A DNA stretch of 64,000 nt from a bacterium. GTDB taxonomy: Bacteria; RBG-13-61-14; DATKZS01. This document shows, piece after piece, positions 56,881 through 64,000 of this stretch (position 1 is the first letter of the stretch; each line of letters opens with the position of its first letter). The stretch covers positions 480,001-544,000 of the forward strand of contig CAXXFL010000003.1 in NCBI GenBank assembly GCA_963674965.2, written 5' to 3'. The translations under genes and the position numbers were made by a program. The notes beneath the pieces were generated by a model. The model made no database searches. It was not told the origin of the DNA and worked only from the letters and a program-made list of their open reading frames with translations.

Positions 56881-58218
56881 ATGTCGAGACCGGCCCGCTC
56901 GTCTATTGTCCTTGGTTTGCTCGCGGCCGCCATTTTGGCGTTTATGGCCGGCTCGTGCGTGGTCCCATATCCCGACCCCAAGAGGATCGAGCTTGAGGCG
57001 GCGGCGGGCGGGCCCGAGCGGACGCCCGTTTACCGGCATGGCGGCTATATCGTGGCCCGGGCGTCCCTTCACAACCACACGACCTTGAGCGACGGCTGCC
57101 GTAGCCCGGAGGACCTGCTCGATCTGGCCCAGGCCCAGGGAATGGCCATCCTGGCCTACACCGACCACCGGGAGGGAAAAATCTGCGTGGGCAAGGCCGT
57201 CTGCCTCCAGATCGGTGGGGTGGAGAAGATCGGTTACGACGCGTATTACAAGCGGCTCCGTTCCATACAGTCCCAAGCCGCCGAGCGGGACATGATCGTC
57301 CTGAAGGGGGTCGAGGTCTCTCCTCCCTGGCTATACAACTACGGCAGGTTCCCGAATATCGTGGTGGGCGGGCAGCATCGGCATTTCACGGTCTACGATA
57401 TCGAGGACCCGTCGATCCTGGCGGACATGCCGGCCCGCCGGGAGGTCAAGATCACACCCGAGCCGTATCCGGGGGACGCGCCGTACCAGGATTTCGTGGA
57501 TTACATAGTCGAGGCCGGCGGTATCGTTCACGCGGTCCACGTCGAGTCCGGCCGCGACCAGTGGATAGCCACGGCGCATTTCGTGACGGCCGCACCCGTG
57601 TATGACCTTCATCTCGATCGCGTCACGGGCTTCTCGGTCCTGCCCTCGGCCTGGCGCGAGAGGACGGGAGGCCCGGGCGGGCTGTGGGACTCGACCCTTC
57701 TCGAGTACCAGGCGGGCATGAGGGACGCCCCTCTTTGGGCCTCGGCGGACGCGGATTACCACGGACCCTCCGGCAGCCTGGCCAACGCCACCACCCTTTT
57801 CTACATGAGGGAGTTCACCGAGAGCGAGGTTTACCGCTGCATGAGGGAGGGCCGCATGGTCGCGCTGCAAGGAGAGGCCTTCCAGGACGTCTTCGTTTCC
57901 AAGTGGTCGGTAAGCGGGGAAGGTGGTCCCGACGAGGCGGTGATGAGCGGACGCTCGATCATTATCACCGGGACGCCCCGGATAGATTTTTCCCTCAACG
58001 TCGAGGTTGGCGGCGTGAAGGCCCGTCTTATTCGTAACGGCGTGGCAATCCGAGAGTTCGAGGGAGTCGGTTTTTCCTATCTTGACGAGGAGGCGGGCGA
58101 GTCGGCCGAGCCGGCCTATTACCGGGTCGAGCTGGTTGGGCCACGGGCAAAAAGCACGGCCACCATGGCGGAAAGCGAGCTTTTCGTGAACCCCATCTTC
58201 ATAAGATTCGAGCGTTGA
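56881..58218 (+). CDS. PHP-domain lipoprotein, paralogue 3
   Basis: MAGS-C lipobox-like; HNHTTLSDG, YTDHRE, KGVEV, HAVH, DADYH, FVNPIFI. Confidence 0.82.
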   Translation: MSRPARSSIVLGLLAAAILAFMAGSCVVPYPDPKRIELEAAAGGPERTPVYRHGGYIVARASLHNHTTLSDGCRSPEDLLDLAQAQGMAILAYTDHREGKICVGKAVCLQIGGVEKIGYDAYYKRLRSIQSQAAERDMIVLKGVEVSPPWLYNYGRFPNIVVGGQHRHFTVYDIEDPSILADMPARREVKITPEPYPGDAPYQDFVDYIVEAGGIVHAVHVESGRDQWIATAHFVTAAPVYDLHLDRVTGFSVLPSAWRERTGGPGGLWDSTLLEYQAGMRDAPLWASADADYHGPSGSLANATTLFYMREFTESEVYRCMREGRMVALQGEAFQDVFVSKWSVSGEGGPDEAVMSGRSIIITGTPRIDFSLNVEVGGVKARLIRNGVAIREFEGVGFSYLDEEAGESAEPAYYRVELVGPRAKSTATMAESELFVNPIFIRFER

Positions 58219-58236
58219 GGCTCGGGCGGTTTGGCG

Positions 58237-60804
58237 TTATTCGGGCTGGTTAAGGACGTCCCTTACGATCCTTAGCAGCTCGATCCGTCCGAAGGGTTTC
58301 TTGAGGGACCCCCTCGCCCTGGGGGGGGCCACCTCGGCCACGGGCCCGTCCGAGATATAACCGCTGGCAAAGACGATCCGGGCCGCCGGGTCGATCTTCC
58401 AAAGTTCCTCCGCGCAGAGCTTGCCGTCCATGCCCGGCATGATGTAATCGAGGACGACCAGGTCCACGGGTTTTTCCCAGGCCTTGTAAATCTCGAGGGC
58501 GGTCTGGCCGTCGGGCGCGGTGAGCACCTCGTATCCGGCGGAGGAAAGCATCCTTCGCGCTATGTCCCGTATATTTTCCTCGTCGTCCACGATAAGGACC
58601 GTTTCCTTTCCTCCCTCGGCCCCGTCCTCGCGGAAAAGGGCCGAGTCGGGCACCTCCCCCAGCGCCTGGATCACGGGAAAGTAAACCTGGAAGGTCGTTC
58701 CAATATCGGGTTCGCTTCGGCAGGTAACGTGGCCGCCGTGGTTCTTCACGATGCCGAAGACCAACGACAGGCCCAGGCCCGTTCCCTTGCCCGGGGCCTT
58801 GGTGGTGAAGAAGGGCTCGAAGATATGCTCGAGCGTCTCAGCCTCCATGCCCGTTCCGTTGTCGGACACGGTAAGGGCCACGTGTTCTCCCACCCCGGCG
58901 TCCACGTGCCTGGCCGCGTACTCGGGCCCGAGGGTCACGTTCTCGGTCGAGACGGTGATGACTCCGCCTCGAGGCAGGGCGTCCTTGGCGTTGACCGTGA
59001 GGTTCATGAGGACCTGCTCGATCTGGGCGGGATCGGCGTTAACGGTCTTGAGGCTCCGGGCCAGGTTGGACTGGAGCTCGATGGACTTGGGCATGGTCCG
59101 AGCCAGCAGCTTCAGGACCTGCTTGGCCGAGTGGTTTAGGTCGATGGGCCTGAACTTGCTCTCGACCCGCCTGGAGAAGGTCAAAAGGGACCGGGTCAAA
59201 TCCTCGCCCCTTTTGGCGGCCCTGATTATCTCCATGGCCTCCCGGTGGCTGGGGCAGGTCTTGTCCAGGTCCATCAGAATAAGGTCGGCGTAGCCATGGA
59301 TGGCCTGGAGAAGGTTGTTGAAGTCATGGGCCACGCCCCCCGCCAGGGTGCCAACCGCCTCCATCTTCTGGGAATGCCTGAGCCGGGTCTCCATGCTCTT
59401 CTGCTCGGTAAGGTCGATAAGGGAGGCGAAAAGAAACCGCGGCCCTCCCCTTTCGTCGGGAATGGCGGCGGCGTTGAACAGGCAGGGAACGGCCGGTCCC
59501 GAAAAGGTCCTGGTCGATATTTCCCTGGCCTTGACGGCCCCCGATACTTTGAGACCGATCATGAGTTTCGAGAAACTCTCCGAGTCTTCCCCCGCGTCGA
59601 GCAGGCCGACGCTCTCGCCCTCGAGCTCGCCCGGCTCGTACCCGTGCATGGAGGAAAAGGCCTCGTTCACGTAGAGGATTTTTCCCGCCAGGTCCGTTAT
59701 CACGTTGCCGTACCCGGCCGCGTCGGAGATGATCTTGAATTTGCGGTGCTCGTCCTCGGCCCTTTCGCGCTCGCCGATCTCGAGCCTTAGCTTCTCGTTG
59801 ACCCTGGTCAACTCCTCGGTCCTGGTCTTGACCAGTTCCTCCAGGTGGGCTTTGTATTTTTCCACCTCCTCCTGGGCCTTTTGCCGCTCGCTTACGTCGC
59901 GGGAGATGCCGAAAAGCACGGTCTCGCCGTCCCACTTGCCCCTGGTCACGATCGTCTCGACGGGAATAAGGTCGCCGCTTTTGGTCATGAGGGGTATGGA
60001 GCAAAGGCTGGTCTTGCCCTCGAGCATGTCCGCCACGACGGCTGCGGCCTCTTGTCTTCTCTCGGGAGGATGCAGGTCGAGGACGTGCATCTTTCCAAGC
60101 TCGCTCTCGGAGTATCCGAGGCGGCGGGCCACGGTCGAGTTGAAATGAATTACTTTTCCGCCCGAGTCGAGGACGGTGATTAGATCGTCGAGGGCGTTGA
60201 AAAGCGACTCGAGGTTTTTTCGCTCTTCCCGGGCCCGCCGCTCCGCCCGGACCCTGGCCACCATTCCGCCGATCTGGCCGGCCACGGACTCGATAATGTG
60301 TCGGGCGTGCTGGGGAATTTCTCCCCTTCCCTTGGAGGCCAGATTGAGAGCGGCCACCACGCGGCCCTCGAAGAGTATGGGAATAACGGCGAGACCCAGA
60401 AGGCCCTCCTCTATACGAACGCCCGTTTTATTCTCGGCCACATCATTGTAAACGCCGTAAACGGGCTTTCCTTCCCGGACCAGGCGCGCCTGGTAAGAGT
60501 CTTTGGCGAAATGCTTTCCTTCCTCGATGAAGGCGCCGGACAACCCGGCGTGGGAGACAAGGTCGAGTTCCCCCGTGGACTCGTGAACGATATATACGCC
60601 GCCGCAGTCGATTCCCTCTATCTTCAGGATCGCCGCCAGGAGACGGTCGAAATATTCCCTGAAGCCCCGGCTCTCTCCCAGCACCCGGCAAATGTCCCGT
60701 TGAATCTCGACCAGGCGCTCGAGTTCCTTCAGGCGGGACGGTTCATCCCCTATATAAAAGTCCTCGGTTTTTTCCGGCCCGGCGCCATCGTATTTTTCGT
60801 CCAT
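58237..60804 (-). CDS. Cytoplasmic hybrid sensor histidine kinase (GAF-PAS-PAS-HisKA-HATPase-REC)
   Basis: [13 protein letters not shown]-box, [39 protein letters not shown]. Confidence 0.95.
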   Translation of the reverse strand: MDEKYDGAGPEKTEDFYIGDEPSRLKELERLVEIQRDICRVLGESRGFREYFDRLLAAILKIEGIDCGGVYIVHESTGELDLVSHAGLSGAFIEEGKHFAKDSYQARLVREGKPVYGVYNDVAENKTGVRIEEGLLGLAVIPILFEGRVVAALNLASKGRGEIPQHARHIIESVAGQIGGMVARVRAERRAREERKNLESLFNALDDLITVLDSGGKVIHFNSTVARRLGYSESELGKMHVLDLHPPERRQEAAAVVADMLEGKTSLCSIPLMTKSGDLIPVETIVTRGKWDGETVLFGISRDVSERQKAQEEVEKYKAHLEELVKTRTEELTRVNEKLRLEIGERERAEDEHRKFKIISDAAGYGNVITDLAGKILYVNEAFSSMHGYEPGELEGESVGLLDAGEDSESFSKLMIGLKVSGAVKAREISTRTFSGPAVPCLFNAAAIPDERGGPRFLFASLIDLTEQKSMETRLRHSQKMEAVGTLAGGVAHDFNNLLQAIHGYADLILMDLDKTCPSHREAMEIIRAAKRGEDLTRSLLTFSRRVESKFRPIDLNHSAKQVLKLLARTMPKSIELQSNLARSLKTVNADPAQIEQVLMNLTVNAKDALPRGGVITVSTENVTLGPEYAARHVDAGVGEHVALTVSDNGTGMEAETLEHIFEPFFTTKAPGKGTGLGLSLVFGIVKNHGGHVTCRSEPDIGTTFQVYFPVIQALGEVPDSALFREDGAEGGKETVLIVDDEENIRDIARRMLSSAGYEVLTAPDGQTALEIYKAWEKPVDLVVLDYIMPGMDGKLCAEELWKIDPAARIVFASGYISDGPVAEVAPPRARGSLKKPFGRIELLRIVRDVLNQPE

Positions 60805-60980
60805 ATCGATACTTATCTCATATCAGGTTTCCAAATTCCACCCGGCCGCAGATAAGTTAAGCGGGAAGTCATGGCGGGGTCGTCGTCAAAAGAAGCCTAT
60901 CGGTAAAATGTAGCCGATTTTCGGAAGGGTTGCAGGAAAAAATAATGGCCGGGAATATGTCATGCGCGCCTCGGTTGGAT

Positions 60981-61784
60981 CTACGGCTTTGTTCCAACCA
61001 CGGTCCAGCTATAGCCGTGCCTGTGGCGGGCGACCACCTCGGTGAAACCTCCGTCGCGCAAAAGGTCCAGGGCCTCCTGCTCGGCGTAGTACTTGGCCCA
61101 GGCGGGGTTAAGCTGATCGTAGATAACGAGTCTTCTTACGTCGGCGTCAACTCGGCCCAGCACGTTTCGGGCGTATTCCCGCATTGGCAGCGGCAGATAA
61201 TAGCACGCTCTGATATATAGCCGGAGGGGCACGTCCAGTATCCTGGCGAGGGTCTCGAGCAAGGCGTGGGGAAGACGCGGAGTCAGGAGACGCAATATGC
61301 CGGTGACGAGCATATAGGTCCGGTTCCCTTCCTTGCCGTAAAGCCATATGGCCATCTTGCCGCCAGGCTTCAGGGCCTCGAAGGCCGCCTTGACCGCGGG
61401 AAGTGGATCGGGAATATGATGAAGAACTCCCACCGAGAACACGTAATCCAGGTCCCCGGAGGGGGGAAGCTCGTCGCCTCGGACGTTAAGAAAGGTGACC
61501 CTCTCCTTGTCTTTTTCCAGGTTTTTCTTCAGCACTGAAAAGGCCGCGGAAGGCTCGACGGCGATGACGCTCTTAGCCCCGGCCTCGAGCAGCATGGACA
61601 CGATACGGCCGGTGCCGCTTCCAATGTCCGCCGCTTTCGCGCCTTTTATTTCCTCCAGAAGAAGGGGAGGAGAAAAGAGGTCCCGGAACAACTCCAGCGA
61701 TGCGTAATAGCCTTCATTGTCCTGGTACGCGAGCCATTGCTCCCCAAAATCATTTATCGTTTTATCGCGCAGCGATTCACTCAT
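60981..61784 (-). CDS. Class I SAM-dependent methyltransferase
   Basis: DFGEQW, DIGSGTGR, SVGVLHH, LKPGG. Confidence 0.9.
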   Translation of the reverse strand: MSESLRDKTINDFGEQWLAYQDNEGYYASLELFRDLFSPPLLLEEIKGAKAADIGSGTGRIVSMLLEAGAKSVIAVEPSAAFSVLKKNLEKDKERVTFLNVRGDELPPSGDLDYVFSVGVLHHIPDPLPAVKAAFEALKPGGKMAIWLYGKEGNRTYMLVTGILRLLTPRLPHALLETLARILDVPLRLYIRACYYLPLPMREYARNVLGRVDADVRRLVIYDQLNPAWAKYYAEQEALDLLRDGGFTEVVARHRHGYSWTVVGTKP

Positions 61785-61858
61785 AACGAATTTAATCTCT
61801 TCAACTTACCCGCCGGCCAGTCATGGCCCATACCATTTCCCGGGCGATGAGGGTTTGC

Positions 61859-62425
61859 CTATTCCCATATGATCTCCGGGCATCCCTCGCCGCTTTTGCC
61901 CTCCTCGGCGGCCCAGGCGCAGTCGGAGCAGGTCTGGAAGTCCCCGCTGAAAATCTCCCCGTCCACGCGGACGTACACCTTGTCGATCTTATAGAAAAGA
62001 TCGGAGAGGTTCTTGCAAACCACCAGGGCCATGGCGTCCAGCTTCTCCTCGGCCGACTCGTCCTCGTGGCCGGATTGGTACTGGACCAGCACGTCAGCCA
62101 CGCCGTTGCCGTTCGCGTCCTTGATGATACAGCCGCAATCGTAGCCCTCGGCTCGGAGAAGACCCTTAATCATGTCGGCGTCGAGTTCCATGTCCTTCTC
62201 GGCCGAGCCGGCGGACATGGCCACTTCCTCCTCGTCGTCGTAAGATTCCAGCGGCGACCTGGTCGCGCCGCCCGAGTAACCGCCTCCGCCGCTTCCCAGG
62301 GCGACCGAGCCCGAGCTATCCTCGGCGTATTCCTCCTCCGCGGGGGACGCGGCCTTTTTGGATGCGCAACCGAAAACGGAAAGGGAAAGCGCGAGAATTC
62401 CCACTAGAACGAAAAAACCTTTCAT
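61859..62425 (-). CDS. Acidic lipoprotein of unknown function
   Basis: AGGAGG RBS; LSVFG-C lipobox; Gly/Ser/Glu-rich linker; CxC and CxxC cysteines. Confidence 0.8.
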   Translation of the reverse strand: MKGFFVLVGILALSLSVFGCASKKAASPAEEEYAEDSSGSVALGSGGGGYSGGATRSPLESYDDEEEVAMSAGSAEKDMELDADMIKGLLRAEGYDCGCIIKDANGNGVADVLVQYQSGHEDESAEEKLDAMALVVCKNLSDLFYKIDKVYVRVDGEIFSGDFQTCSDCAWAAEEGKSGEGCPEIIWE

Positions 62426-62557
62426 GGATTACCTCCTTGCCCGGACCATGACAAAGGTATCCAAGAGCGGAAGGATTGTCAATTCTCCTCAAGGCGCCAA
62501 GAGAAAAAGTCCGGCGGACGGGTAAATGGCCCGCCCGCCGGAGAACGGCGAGATATA

Positions 62558-63322
62558 TCACCTGCCGTTGGGATTATGTCCGAAATGCACCTGCATGTTG
62601 ACCGCCACGCCGCCGTCGGGATCGCCGTTGGTCAGGTGGTAGCCGGCCGGCGTGCGCATGGCGTTCTCGTCGATGTCCATGGCCATGAACATGTAGCCCA
62701 CGTCGAACTTGAACCACACCCAGTCAGCCGGTCCCGTCCAGAAGCCCAGGTAAGGATAGGCCATGAAAAAGGGAGTGCTCTCGCTCACCGTGCGGCCGAT
62801 ATCGGCGCCGCCGGCCTGGACCTCAAGGGCGCCCCATCCAAACTGGCTGCCAAGGGCAAGGCCAACGTTGGGCGAAAGGTCGGGGTTCCACTCGGCGAAG
62901 AACCCGCCCGCGCCCATCTCCAACTTCGAGAAACGGCCCTCGGCGCTCTTCTCCTGGGAATGGCCCCAACCGAAGCCGCCGAAGCGAAGCTCGTCGATTA
63001 TCGCTCCTCCCATGCCCCCGAAGAGAACAATGTTCTGATCGAAACCGCCCATGCCCCGGCCGCGGGTCATGGGGTCGAAGGCCTCCCAGTCGATGGTGAT
63101 CGCAGTAAAGGTCGGACCGCCGAAACCGCCCGAACCCCCGAAGCCGCCGAAATTAAGGTCGCCGTCGCCCATGTCCAGCCTCGAGAAATGGCCGCCTCCA
63201 TCCCCCACGATGGCCGGGTCCAGCTTGGAATCCAAGGCCACTCCCGCGCTCGCGGGCGCGCTGAAAAGGACCGTCGCCACCAGCAATAAACTCCCCAATC
63301 CCAAAACAATCTTCCTTTCCAT
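62558..63322 (-). CDS. Secreted protein, probable outer-membrane beta-barrel
   Basis: GGGAGG RBS; signal peptide ending ASA; Gly/aromatic alternating strands; C-terminal MQVHFG. Confidence 0.7.
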   Translation of the reverse strand: MERKIVLGLGSLLLVATVLFSAPASAGVALDSKLDPAIVGDGGGHFSRLDMGDGDLNFGGFGGSGGFGGPTFTAITIDWEAFDPMTRGRGMGGFDQNIVLFGGMGGAIIDELRFGGFGWGHSQEKSAEGRFSKLEMGAGGFFAEWNPDLSPNVGLALGSQFGWGALEVQAGGADIGRTVSESTPFFMAYPYLGFWTGPADWVWFKFDVGYMFMAMDIDENAMRTPAGYHLTNGDPDGGVAVNMQVHFGHNPNGR

Positions 63323-64000
63323 TTTTCATCCTCCCTTTCCAATAAGCTTTTTCTTTTCACCTACCGGACTTTTCCGCAACTAAATTTTTTCCCCGCTTCT
63401 TCAGCCCCGGAAAAACACGCGTCTCGCGGCGCCCATGTTACTCCAATTCAACGCGGCGAGCCGGAATGTGGCTGAAAAGCCGCATCCCCCATCGAGGCTT
63501 TCCGGGAAAGCTTCCTTTAAATTGGCAACTATTACGCCCATTTGTTCCACCTTTCATCGGGCCGCGTCTTCCCGCCATATTATAGACGCGTCCTTTAACT
63601 TTGTCATATTAAGCAACGGCGGCGCCAAAGAGACCGATTTTTTATGGGCCGCCGGTCCGGAAGATAAATGGGGTTTTTTTCCGTCTACGCCGATTGTCAC
63701 GCCGGACATCCTTTAACCACTCCTTTTTTCACCCTCAATTCGAGGTCCTTGTCTACGGAAAAACGTCAGAATAATATTTCTATAATCTCAATAGTTAAGC
63801 GAATATGCAAGCCGCCGTGAACGCCCCTATCCCCTCTTTTTTCCGGGGTCTTATTATTTTACTCACTTTGCTTCTGGCCGCGACAATATTAGGGGGCGTT
63901 AATTATTATTGCCATGGACAATTATTTGTTATATGCTGTTCTGACCGAAAGGTAAAAAAGCAACCTTTGGCGGCGCTGGCCGCAATAAAGAATGACGCCG

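Noticed and set aside
63522-63537. Second sigma-54 site (TGGCAACTATTACGC)
   Set aside because: Lacks TTGC at -12 and the target gene lies outside the window

Overview
GC-rich, gene-dense bacterial chromosomal window from a selenocysteine-using, probably anaerobic diderm; the taxon cannot be fixed from sequence alone. It opens with two tandem paralogous >2000-aa secreted Ca-binding proteins (LVIVD propellers, DxDxDG/TSP3 repeats, shared dockerin-like + Ig-like C-terminus). Next come acyl-CoA dehydrogenase/PHP/nadA and MscS, then an envelope-glycosylation-rich segment (four GT-C-like membrane proteins, GT2/GT4, epimerase, B12 radical SAM, MMPL-cNMP fusion, esterases) with a Ser/Thr kinase-WD40 protein and a TPR-cNMP protein. 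After that are an fmdE-like / Sec-formate dehydrogenase / modE-like operon, an IS1380-like remnant, a low-GC two-gene islet bracketed by a REP/REPIN-like repeat family, three tandem PHP-domain lipoproteins, a hybrid sensor kinase and envelope proteins. Top finding: a 67-aa membrane protein missed by the ORF track (41254-41457), with an in-frame UGA in a C-x3-U motif followed by a SECIS-like hairpin placed like that of the FDH, i.e. a candidate new small selenoprotein. No rRNA, tRNA or CRISPR array was seen.
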